64,000 bases of DNA from Pecten maximus. Lineage: Eukaryota. The notes below the pieces were generated by a model. It worked only from the letters and a program-made list of their open reading frames with translations, was not told the DNA's origin and made no database searches. The translations under genes were made by a program, and so were the position numbers. Positions 13,755 through 25,300 of the stretch are shown piece by piece; the stretch's first letter is position 1; each line of letters opens with the position of its first letter. The stretch covers positions 29,946,001-30,010,000 of the forward strand of contig NC_047023.1 in NCBI RefSeq assembly GCF_902652985.1. Reading direction: 5' to 3'.

Positions 13755-14930
13755 ACATTCTCCCGGCAGGCAGACCCAACATATTGGCAATCATTCCTTC
13801 GGAAGACAACTACAGTCTTCTGGCCGTCATCACTCCAGCAGACAGACCTAAACTATTTACCACCATTCCACGGGCAGACCACAACAGCCTATCGGCCGTC
13901 ATTACCCCGGCGGAGAGTCCAAGTCTGTTTGCCATCATTCCCCAGTAGACAGTCCGAGACTATTTGTCATCATTCCCTCAACAGAGAGCCCCAGCATATT
14001 CGCCATCATTGCCCAAGAAGAGAGTCTTAGCCTATTGGCCATCATTCGAATGTAGACTGCCCAAGACTATCTGCCACAATTCTCCCGGAGGGCAGCCACA
14101 ACCTATTGGAAATAATTCCCCCGGCAGGAAACCACAGCCACTAGCCGTCATCACCAAGGCTGACAGACCCTGACTATTGACGATAATCCCACAGGAAAGC
14201 CACCACAGCCTATTCGCCGTTGTCACCTTGGCAGACGGCCCAAGACTTTTGGACATCATTTCCACGGCAGAGAGCCCCAGATTATTGGTCTTTATTCCCC
14301 AGGCAGACAGTCAAAGCCTGTAGACCATCATTGCCCGGTAGACAGCCCCAAACTTTTTGTCATCATTTTCCCGGTAGACAGCCCAACCCTATTCATCATC
14401 ATTCTCCCACAGAAGAGAACCCTAGCCTATCTGCAACCATTTCCCAGGAAGACACATCCCGGACTTTTTGTCAGTATCCCGGTCAGCCCCTGTCTACCGA
14501 TCAGTATCCCCCGGCAAACAGCCCCAGACTATTGACCAATATCCCCAAACCAGATAGTCCCCGACGTTTGGCCAGTATTCCCCGCCAACGGTCCCTAGAC
14601 TATACTGGTCAGTAGCCCTTGCAGACAGATGGCAGTAAAAGTTCCGGTCTATCACAAGGAAGTTTAAGACGAACATACCGCAGCCTCCCAAAACACACAT
14701 ACGCACTCACCATACGCATGCATGTCACACACACGGGAGGCCGTCCTTAAATGACATTAGCTGTGAATAGGACGTTAAACAAAATAAACCAAACCAGTAA
14801 CCACCCTGACTATTGGCGCAAGTACAGTCCATCTCCCTCCCGACTATTCAGTCGTATCCCCCATCAGACAAGACAGTCCGAACGCTTTTGGCCAATACCC
14901 CTTCCCCCAAACATACAACCCCCAGCTATG
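13755..14930. repeat. Degenerate 36-bp GC-rich tandem array (roughly 25-28 units), interrupted by a SINE fragment
   Basis: Approximate consensus GGCAGACAGCCCCAGACTATTGGCCATCATTCCCCC. The 12-aa periodicity is visible in ORF 13691-13948 (DILPAGRPNILA/IIPSEDNYSLLA/VITPADRPKLFT/TIPRADHNSLSA/VITPAESPSLFA). Stops and frameshifts prevent a continuous ORF. Confidence 0.85.
14639..14794 (+). mobile_element. 5'-truncated 3' fragment of the Meta-SINE family also found at 37880-38420
   Basis: AAGTTCCGGTCTATCACAAGG...CATACCGCAGCCTCCCAAAACACACATACGCACTCACC...AAATGACATTAGCTGTGAATAGGACGTTAAACAAAATAAACCAAAC closely matches the reverse complement of ~37903-38061. CAGTAA flanks both sides (14633-14638, 14795-14800) as a possible TSD. 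Confidence 0.9.
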
Positions 14931-15483
14931 TCGTAGTGTTGACGTTTAGCGGGCCACTCGAACGTAAGCGTTATAAACCTTGTAATAAACGCAAGGTTCC
15001 TAACATTAACAATTACTTGCATGAAGGCATGAAACTGACTGACCGCTGGACATCTGCTCGTCTGCCACTTGTTTTTCTTCCAGACAAATGGACACTATCC
15101 TGAGGGGTTCGATGTATGTAAAAAGGCTGAAGAAGAGCAAATTTTAGTAATCACAGTAGCAGTGGTGTTTAGAGAGATCGTTTATAAATATGGTTCGTTG
15201 AATACAGGATGTCGAAGTTATGTTTGTTTGTCTAAAAGATTTACGATATCATAGCTAAGTTCATATGAATTCGGTCTCCACGGATAAAAGAGTTATATCG
15301 CACTTTTCGCTGAAATGCCATACTTTTGAAACGGTGACATTGTATCCCGACACCTTATAAAGTCAACGAGTAGGCGATCTAAACAATTACACAGCTACTG
15401 CGGCGTAATAGCGTAATATTTATATCGTTTGCCTATGTTCGGAGTTCCTCAGGGGAACTTAATACAGAATAATGCATGTATTG

Positions 15484-15558
15484 TTTTCTTTATTTTTAAA
15501 CAACTTTTTTTCTTCCTTAATTCTCCCTGGACACTTCACCACTTTCTCCTCAAGCTGT
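15484..15558 (+). mobile_element. Degenerate fragment of the 5' leader/head junction of the Meta-SINE family
   Basis: AACAACTTTTTTTCTTCCTTAATTCTCCCTGGACACTTCACCACTTTCTCCTCAAG resembles AACAACTTTCTTCTTCCTAATGTACCCTTGACAAAGCCTCACTTTTGGCCTTAAG (minus strand of ~38280-38335). Low-complexity, by-eye match. Confidence 0.4.
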
Positions 15559-17420
15559 GATATAGCAAAGTTATTAAAATGACACTTGCTGTCCTCTCCT
15601 TAACGCCCAACACTGAAGGAGGCTTAGGAAGGCTTAAAAATGAAATTTAAAATAGTGGAAACCCAGAATATTACAATGGTGGCATTATTTTATTTTCATT
15701 TTAATTCAGTGGGGATATCATGATTAAATGGGTTCATTGTGTTTTGAAATGCATTAACGAAAAACAAATTTTAAAATGTAATAAACATCATGGAACAAAT
15801 CTTAAAGGTAATGAAATCAAGGACGTAGGAAAAAATCCTAAAATCAAAAGTTTTATCAATCGTTATCACATGTCACTTTCTTGACGAGTATAAACATTAA
15901 GTTATCTCCCTTGGAATTTCACTTATCCCCGCTCTGTTTGAAGTGGTCCTGATAGCGTCTAATCATCAACGTAAACTAGACTCTTCAAAATAGAGCCCAC
16001 AAACCTGTTACAAGATCAGCGGCTATGTCACGGCATCATACAGATTTAAACATAGCCAACGGAGATAGGGAGACGGCTAAAGCTTTTTACTAAATCACGT
16101 TACCATCATAACAATTAACCGTTTTGTAGTCCGATTTGAATGCACACAAGTTTTACTGATTTATGAGGCGAAGGGGAATATTCAAAGGTGGGATCGTATG
16201 AGAACGGTGTCGTGAATAGATTTGACGCGAATAGGAACAGAAGTCTCAGGTCATGGCAGCCAATAGATGTTTCTCAAGGTTAGATTATACACGTAAAACA
16301 CTGCTGGCAATATCGATATTTCCAGTTCCTTAAAGACGATTCGTTGTGTATCAAAAGGCATGCTTTTTCATTAAAGTATATAAACCCCGAAAGCCCAATT
16401 ACAGTATTCTTAGCTCCACCGGGAATAGCGAAAGTAGTTTGTATATGCATGAACAGTTTAAAATAGAAGCCACTGGCTAAATAATGTTAGAAGCAATAGA
16501 GGCAGAATTTATTTTGGAAGTCTTTGTATACAGCTCGTGACAGGGCCACTTTCTTCTAACAAAATCAATGCATTTAAGCTGTTTTTCGTTATTTATCTAA
16601 TGTTTAGGTCTGTAGTCTGCGTTTTGTTGTTGTTTTGCTTGGCACATCTCAATTACAAGATCATCAGAATCCCCATCAAAATATAATTGAAAAGTCATCT
16701 CATCAGGGTTATTTAAATAGAAACATCGGCGTAAATATGTGAACAGGGCTTAATGCATATCGCACGGGGTCTACGTGATGACCTAACATTTCACACCATC
16801 TTGTATGCTTGCTTTCATTAGAATTAAAGCCCCGATTCGACACCACATCTGTAATCAGTCTCTCTGAAACCCGCATTTGCCTCCGCTTATGACTTTAACA
16901 TATTTACGTAAGATAAAAACATTAACAATATGTTTAAAACAGCTGCTGAAACTACCATCCGTATTGCCAGTCATAAATCAGCTGTATAAAAGATGCGGTT
17001 CGTTTGTATGGAGAACAGTTATGCGGCTGGACTGCACATACGGTGTTAGACAGTGTAATATATGACAAATATGATTACACGCATGAGGACCACACAACAG
17101 TTACTTTATTTTAAAAAGTTCTACAACACATCACTTCGAATTCTTTATCAATATATATTCAACAAAAATACTGTTAACAAAATTTTGTTCGCGTCCTTTT
17201 AGCACATAACCGAAATGTAATAGTTAATTGCGTAATTAAGAATTAGCGCTACCACAATGCTTGCCGTAGAAAACAATGAACAGAAACCAAAATTAGTGTT
17301 ATCTTAATTTAACGGAATGCTTCAAGGGCGAAAACCACTGCTATAAGATTTCCGCTAAAAGATATTCCTTTACAGTAAGTAAACAACCGATATTAGGTGT
17401 ACCCTACTAGTCGCTTCTTG

Positions 17421-17476
17421 CAATGACCTTAGCTGCTGTTAGGACGTAAAGCAAATATAACAAAACTAAACCAAGC
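17421..17476 (+). mobile_element. SINE/LINE 3'-tail fragment
   Basis: AATGACCTTAGCTGCTGTTAGGACGTAAAGCAAATATAACAAAACTAAACCAA matches the tail shared by the SINEs at 14.7, 37.9 and 55.5 kb. Confidence 0.65.
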
Positions 17477-19706
17477 AAGAAGCATACAGCATAAACATTC
17501 ACCTTTCCCTGCAAAAGGTTCTTCAACCATTGTTTTGAAACAAAACAGCAATGCCTTTTTTGAATTAGAAAAGATATGCTTTAGACTCACTTAAAGAATA
17601 CTGATAATAAAATAACTACACCGAATATACAAGATATATATATATATAATAATGGGCAGGTGTTCGTCACACGTGTTAGATGTATGTACAAATAACCAAG
17701 ATATTTCTTCCCTAGCGACAAGAAATAACTTGCTTTCATTTTATGATCTGCAGATCATATGGCATGTAGTACTAAGGGTGAATAGAAATAAAACGTTAAA
17801 AAAACCTCAGTATGTTCATACTATGTTGTATTCTAGATCAGGCACTATATTGATCATCTTATATAAAACACACGTTAGATATAGACCAACATCCTGACGG
17901 AGGGTTAATACGTACATAAACTACAAGTACAGTTGAAGCACTTTTATTAATCATGTCCACTGGAATATTTATTTTACTACAAATAGGAAATGTAAGATGC
18001 TTTGGTAGTGTGGAAATATTATTTTTATTATCAGCCAATTGGAAAAATACTTTTTATTCACTGCAAAAAGATATGGATTGTTCAATTAGCGGAGATCAGA
18101 GAAAGGTAATAGAGGTTGTTGATTATGATGACAATTGATAGTGTCAGGATTTGTGATTACTCCCTTAAGATTAATAAAATGTTTAAGGCAGCACATGTAA
18201 TATATGGGAAAATCTAGGTCATACCGAACTTTATCGGCATGTTGAAATGACATGGTTTATAAAGCTCCAGTGGACTCGCTGTAGTTCAATCCACAGTGTT
18301 TTTGAAAGGCAGTTCCATTTACGTTATAACGAATACCGTCTCTTAAACAACGAGAATTATCCAGGGAAACATACCCAATCTACCCTTTGAAGTGAGGACA
18401 TCATCTTAAAAGAGCCACATACCATATTAGGAACACTGTAAATTACTTCTAAAGAAACATTACGGGATATGGAATGTATTTATTGTAAAATCTTCAAAGG
18501 TTATACATAAAACAGCAATTTTCTAGGTGTTGTATTACCGTCGACAGTATGGCAATCTGTATAGAGTTATGCCCCATGAGAACATATTATTACTTAGCTT
18601 GCTCACAGCTTAAATACTCCTGAAACTACGTCCTCGCAATCAAAATGCTTCTACCGCCATATCGGGATTTTAAGTATGGTGTCGCTGAACACCTTGTAAT
18701 CGCTACGATGGCAAAATGTGAACAGTGAAATTATGTGGAAAAGATATCAGTATATTCTTTCGAACAAACAAGCACAAGTTTTATTCAAGGCAATGTTTGT
18801 TTTGCCTACTTCCTTTATATCTGTACATTAGAAATTGACACCACGGTTTGGGGATTGAACGTGAAACATGTAATTTTTGGCCCCAATCTCCAATGATTTT
18901 ACATGTGTTCAATTAATGATGAGCTTCTCAAATCTGTTCACTGTTTTTTTCTTTTATCTGGTAACATTTCAATCTTGCATGTTATTTTAAGAGCTTCTTA
19001 TTAATCGATTTAAACAACTATTTTAGCGTTGTTTCAACTGAAAGTAATCCCTTGGTAGGAATGCTTGAAACTGGAACTGATTAGTTAAATTACATCACAT
19101 GCTATTGCATAATCTCCCGATTTATTCGAATCCAATCTGATTCTGACCGCATCCTTTATCATCAATAAATATTAATGCGTCCCTGAATAAACAAAAGAGG
19201 AGATTTCTTTCCAAATACGGGACAATATATTTATTGTATTAAAACACCTTAACTTTGCAACAAATACGAAGGTTTATGATTTCACATTTTCGTGGAAGTA
19301 ATGATTAAGATCATTTTTTTCTATCAATGTTATTTATGCCGATTTATTCTATCAGCCAAAATAACGAAACACTGAAACATTTCAAAATGATCTTTCTACT
19401 ATTCATACTATGACGTCTATACCATGACACTAAACAAGTTTTACGATATGCTATATTTGTTATACTTTATATATTTAATCGCATAGGATAGTTTTACCAT
19501 GTATATCAAAACAATATGATTATCTTTTTGTGGTATTTCTTTAAGCACGCGAGGGACTACAAGCGATATTTTGCGCCAAATACCACGCGAAGGTGGCAGA
19601 CAAATCGAACGAGACAGAAAAGCTAACACTGCGTATCACATGGGAGATGTCGTCGTATGGAAAAGATTGTATTCTTACAGTTTACTTCTGTAAAAGAGTT
19701 ACCTAC

Positions 19707-19831
19707 CTCCCGAGATCCAAGATGACTGATAGAGCAGGGCAGTGTTGCAGTCTCTCCAACGTACGCCGTTACGTTTAGGGCTGTAGGATTGAACACGGGC
19801 GGAAGTGTCGTCATATCAACCATTTGTATCA
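19707..19831 (-). CDS. Internal coding exon (phase 1 in, phase 0 out) of an immunoglobulin-superfamily cell-surface protein, Dpr/DIP/ZIG-8-like; N-terminal half of Ig domain 1
   Basis: The minus strand has a polypyrimidine acceptor TTTTATTTTTTGCTCCACAG| and donor |GTAGGT. The 125 bp encode (x)IQMVDMTTLPPVFNPTALNVTAYVGETATLPCSISHLGSRE. This fits the PxF..NVT...G..A.L.C.I..LG Ig A/A'/B-strand signature with the first canonical Cys. The exon ends just before the V-x-W C-strand, where Dpr-family genes typically have an intron. Other exons were not identified with confidence. Confidence 0.85.
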
Positions 19832-20154
19832 CTGTGGAGCAAAAAATAAAAGTCATTTCAAATTTCTGTGATTAACACGCAATTGTAACTTTATACATTA
19901 TCGCAATACCTTATATAGGATATATAGAAGACGAAAGATGTGACCTGTAATCAAATTTGGTACGCTCTTTAACCAGACCACATCAAAGAAAAATACAGAT
20001 ACGTAACCATCGGTTTCTTAACGTATGTGAAACAGAGAATACGGGGTTTCTTCCATGTCTGCAGCTAAGTGTTCATTGAAGAAAAAAAGTTGTTCTCCTT
20101 TTAGATTGTCCCATTTTTTCTCCTTTTTGTACAACAACCTGTTTTTGCGATAGT

Positions 20155-20221
20155 ATCCAGACACTTGTCCTGATATGACCTTAAGTGTTACAAGAACGCT
20201 AAACCGAAACAAACAAAACAA
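20155..20221 (+). mobile_element. Degenerate SINE 3'-tail fragment
   Basis: GACACTTGTCCTGATATGACCTTAAGTGTTACAAGAACGCTAAACCGAAACAAACAAAAC has the same ATGACC...GTT...ACG.TAAAC-(CAAA)n layout as the other tails, but is more diverged. Confidence 0.4.
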
Positions 20222-20973
20222 GACATGATATGATCGTCGTTGTCACGTGACAAGATCACGCTATGCATGTCAAAGAGAAAATAAACACATAGTAAAAGCA
20301 CGTGTCAGACTGAATATGTAAATACTGATAGTTAGCTTGTTAATTTACCAATGTTTTGTGTTCGAACACGCACGAATCATGTTCATATACGCGAAGAATC
20401 TATTTTGTGAAGTTTATACAGACTTCCAGTCTGATCATTTTGTGTTACTGCCAAATATCTAGTCGGTTAACTCGTGTTATGTATTCTAAATTTTTGATGT
20501 AGAGTACTTTAAACTCGTAAGAGACCTGTTAATAGTTTTTTATAACATAATATCAATAGAGTGTTCAATTTTGCGTGTCCCTCATATCTCTATGATTTCA
20601 TTTAAAAACATCTAAACTAGATACTAAAGCGATATCATGGAGTGTAGTTGTGTGAAGGATATGAATAGTAAAATGTGCGATACTTGAAACAAATTTCAGC
20701 TACTTGTGAACAATGAAACATTTCGGCAAATCCTATCTTTATCTGCGGTCTGCAAATTGATGCTGTTCCTTTTAACAAAACCTTACCCAGACAATACATT
20801 CTAATTTAATTGCGATATAACACAGAATTTCATTAGTTACTCTAAATATTTGCAACCGCATAACAAATACATATCATTATTTAATTCACATTTGCATACG
20901 GAACAAAGAATAAGTTTTTTTATAAACAGCAATGAACCTTCTGCCACTGACACGTAATGACTTTGGTTCTTAA

Positions 20974-21643
20974 GGTTCATCTATATACATGTAGTAAATG
21001 CAGTGATAATTTACATGCTTGTAAATTAGTATTCTGGTGCAATACAACATACATGATTTGATCAATTATCATGGCTAACCATAGGTCTTGTTGTTAACAT
21101 ATAATTTGTTAAGCTGCCTGTTAATTTCGGAAAAAAGGCGTAAAATGCAAGTTTCAGCAAAACACAGTAAACTCATGTTAATCACCTTTATTACTCAAAA
21201 TTGTTATGCTGTTATGATCACAAGTGTCCGTAGCATGTGGTGTGAGTATTTATCTGACCGGATTTGAATTTATGAAGCATAAACATTGATGATCTTTTGA
21301 CCTTGGAATTCAACAGACGGCTGTCAGTTTAATAAAACTGCCCCTATTAGATAATATTAAGACATCTAAGCATTATAAGAATAATAGTTTCAAGACGAAT
21401 ATTTAAAAAGTGGAGTTAAGGGCTATTTTGAAAAATCTACTTATTTTGCCTCAGATTCAAAACAGAATCAAAGTTTATGCCTTTTCAAAGTAAAATCCGG
21501 TCAAACAAATGCTCGACTACAGCAAGACCCATGATTAACCATGATACACACTAACAATTGATCAAGTCACTTCTGTTTGATTGCATTAGAGAAGTGATTT
21601 ATAGACTTGTAAAATATCACTGGATATGCTATTCATATGAACC
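20974..21643. mobile_element. Old MITE with long imperfect TIRs, Kolobok-like (TTAA site, GG terminus)
   Basis: Left TTAA|GGTTCAT...CAGTGATAATTTACA...TGCAAT...TTGATCAATT..ATCATGGCTAACCATAGGTCTTG aligns with the reverse complement of ~21505-21643 (CAAGACCCATGATTAACCATGAT...AATTGATCAAG...ATTGCA...TGTAAAATATCACTG...ATGAACC|TTAT). Confidence 0.6.
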
Positions 21644-22300
21644 TTATTTACTTCACAAATAAAAGGATGACCCTGAGTTGCCAATGCCGTACTTTGAACG
21701 TTTCTGCCAATAATTCATGGCAGAGTGACCAAGATTTCCGGGACAAAAAGAGAACAAACACACACATACATTCAAAGATTATTTGTTGTCAGCTTAGCTA
21801 ATAAAAAGCAGTAAAACGTCTTCCTGTTTTTGAATTTGCGGCAATATTTCGTATGCATAGAGAATACATCCATTTTACTCGCAGGTCATTTTGCGATAGT
21901 ACAATCACACTATACCACGTTAGCGTATCTTGATTATTAAAGAAAAGTGAAACTAGACGACATTTAACGCAAACTCGTATTGTCATGAAGAATGCAATAA
22001 TTTATCTTATTTATTTATAATAGCTCATGAAATTATATATGATCTGTCTCGGCCAACCAGGTGGAAACGATCCACGATACTCCATTTATTTGTAATTATA
22101 TGAGAACAAGACAATCAGTGCCAAACATGGTAAACTTTCGATGGAATCATCATAATCCGGCTTCCATAAAGGGAAATTATGATACTGTCTTCGAAAGGCG
22201 ACATAACTGGATGGTATGTGTTGCTCAACTGTATATCTACGTTCCTAAGACGATGCATCAAAAATATATCAAAGTTAATTGATAAATAACTACATGTATG

Positions 22301-22340
22301 ACACACACACACACACATATATATAAATATACATATATAT
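22301..22340. repeat. (AC)n(AT)n compound microsatellite
   Basis: ACACACACACACACACATATATATAAATATACATATATAT. Confidence 0.8.
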
Positions 22341-25300
22341 TATCATTTGGACGTGATCAGCAAAACAGGTTGACATTATCAAATATCTAAACCAATAAGA
22401 AGGCGTATTAGATCACATTCCGTTTTCCCGTATGTTTGTTGAAACGATGATTGTCAATAATCCAGCAGATTGGTATGTCATGGTCAAGCCCAAAGGCTAC
22501 CTCGCGCAGTTTTCCGCCGGTCAAGTACACGCCATATTGACCAGACCGTTAACCCGAAATACTATTACTCGTTCTAAACATGTATATTTCATATAATAGG
22601 ACTTCAATCATCTAGGATATCCGATTCCTATCTTGTCTGTGTTGACCCATATAACAGACGGGCCAATCTGGCAGACTATTGGAGGCTTAGTTTGATTGGA
22701 ATGAAATGGACTACACAGAGTCTAATAAAACATTGATTTGTATTGTTCCTCTCGGTACTGTTTTCTGGAGACGTGTTGGTGGTGACGTATACCAGCCAGT
22801 ACATAAATAGACATTCAATATAAACCCAAGCCCAGTCTACCGCGATCTCAAGAGTTTCTGGCGACATTAAACCTGTTCAGTATTCTGCATGGTACATGTG
22901 CCTCGGACGCTACATTCTAGAAATGATTCAAACCATGTTGAAATATTTTAACAACACTATATTGATTGTAAAATGCAATCAATTGTTTCAATTTAAACCT
23001 AGTCTGGTTTCAGCAGTATCATTTCACAAAAGAAGTATCCCAGCAAACATTCCACATACCCTATATTAACCGATGTATTGAATATACATTATTTCAAATA
23101 CAGTCTTTATTTTCATTCTAATATCAATTGTTCAATTGAAATAATAAATATGTCAAAATGAGGAAGCTAATGCAATATACTTGGGTAAAACTGAATAGAA
23201 TTTACATTATATTGTATACTTTTTGAAATATAGCCTAGCACATGTCTTTTTGTTGAATAATGGTTTGTTTATACATATACAACTTACGGCCATAGTGTAT
23301 AATATTCATGCATGTTAATGGCCGTAGAAATGCTTTTTTAATACAATGTATACGCATCATATCTGAATACAGATCACGTTAACATAAAGAGGGCAATAAA
23401 ATGTAACCCAAGCATGAATTTTCACTCCTTTAAAATATATTTTTACGAAAATGATGCCAAAACTAGGTCCGCTCAGAGATTATTGATCTCCTTCCTTGCC
23501 AGTTCTTAATGTTGCTACGAAACAGATCACTGCTAGTGTGCTAGCTGGAGAAATGTTTGAAGCTGTTGAGTTAGATAATACATTTCAACACCTACCCTAA
23601 CCAGATTAAGGTGTTTTGTCGAAGTGTTACGTCTGTAAATCAAGCCAAAAAACAAAGCCGTGTGCCGTCAGTCTTCAGGCTTGTTGCGATACCTGTTTCG
23701 CTTTGGTCCTGTTTATGTGCTAGGCGAGGCGTTACTTGTAGTGTGTGCTGACACCCAAGCGCCCTGGAGACCAGGTTGCGTGTGGGGGAATTTATTAACT
23801 ATTGTCATCTCTGTCAAATACGACGCTTTAATTTTCTAATAATTATGACTGATAGTAACACACCAGCAGCTGTTAGGTGAATGTGTATTTTATTATCTCG
23901 CAAGGGCTTTGTATAAGGATTTTTAAGATCTGTTTTGTTTTCGTATTCTAATTTATTATGTCATTAACATGGGCTTATTCTCAAAAATATTAATGTTTAG
24001 AAGCGCAAGTTTAATGTTAATTAATATCGAACAAAAACACCATAGAATACGAACATAATAACGAAACCATAATTCAAATTCAAAATCGATTTAAGGAGGC
24101 CAAAATGTATACAAAAAATTTAGATTTTCTAAAACATTCTGCGATAATATGACCAGGAACCCCGGAAGAGTAAACGTCTCCTTTCCCGACGACACCTTAC
24201 GAGATGATGCAATTTGGTGATTTCTGTTTTTTGATTTGTTTGAAGAAAACACATATAGTCGATTATTCCTGACCTAGAAAAGGCAACGAACAGACCAAAA
24301 TTGATAATAAATCTGGTTAATTGCTGTGAATTAGAATAGCATACGTTAGAACCGTCAACGTCAGAGACAATGTTAAAGATAGTCAGTCAAATATAAATTA
24401 TCATGGAGAATGGGTATGTTCGTTATGGAGTTATACGAAATGACACCAGGTACCTGACAGGTTTTTTATGTTTGGAAATTTATTCCCACTTTATGCCCTT
24501 CCCACCAATCTCTAACACTTTTATATCGATTCTATGCGTGTTAGAATTCGTGTAAAATTGGACAGTAAAACACTCCAGTAACAAATGAAAAAATGGACAT
24601 GAGAATGTTTTTCATTTTATCAATCTAACATGGCTATCTCTGAATTAGTAACTGCCAGAGTATTATCACATATTTTGAAAAAAATACTTCATAAAATTGA
24701 TTCATGATCCTTCTTGATCTATTGTCTAGTTGAGGAAATTTCGGTCGAAGTTTGATTAACGTAACGATAGCTTGCGTGACGACACATTATGCCTTTAATG
24801 CATTTCGCGGAGAGTGTTATTCAAGACCATAAACTACATAGTAGCAATATTATGTAAGAGTTAAGGTTGATGCTGTAAACAAGCGACATGATTACACCTC
24901 TAGAGGATGGTTTGTTATCCCAGCTTATCGCAAAACCCATTCAAGGTTCGTAGTTTTTCATGGCCGACTTTACCTGAAAATTATAGCTCAACGTGACATA
25001 AACATACCACGGGAACGTATCAATTACCAAACATGGCCCCGATACTTACAAGGCTTAGCTATCACAGCAACGTCATCTGCGTGCATGTCGTTTTCAATTC
25101 TATGTAACAATATACTGAGTTTTTTTTTTTACTGAAACACGCCATCGGAAGCAAAACGAACGTAACAAATAAGCTTTATAGGTAATCTCACACAATGTAA
25201 TAAATTAAAGTCAAAAAGAGTGTTACCTCGGAATTATGGGGGAAAACCCGATATGCATATATTGGGTTTCTTGAAATTGAAAGAATTTTTTTTCGTGCAT

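Noticed and set aside
14220-14615. 131-aa Pro-rich ORF and neighbouring ORFs as a gene
   Set aside because: These are translations of the tandem array, with frame switches and stops between units and no supported splice structure.
13755-14930. 36-bp repeats as a CRISPR array
   Set aside because: The units are contiguous and degenerate with no unique spacers, there are no cas genes, and the context is eukaryotic.
19640-19693. Plus-strand peptide MGDVVVWKRLYS resembling the missing Ig C-strand
   Set aside because: It is on the wrong strand relative to the exon, stops after a few codons and has no DxGxYxC, so it is treated as coincidence.
19623-19856. 77-aa ORF as a complete protein
   Set aside because: Only 19707-19831 is Ig-like and bounded by AG/GT; the flanks are intronic read-through.
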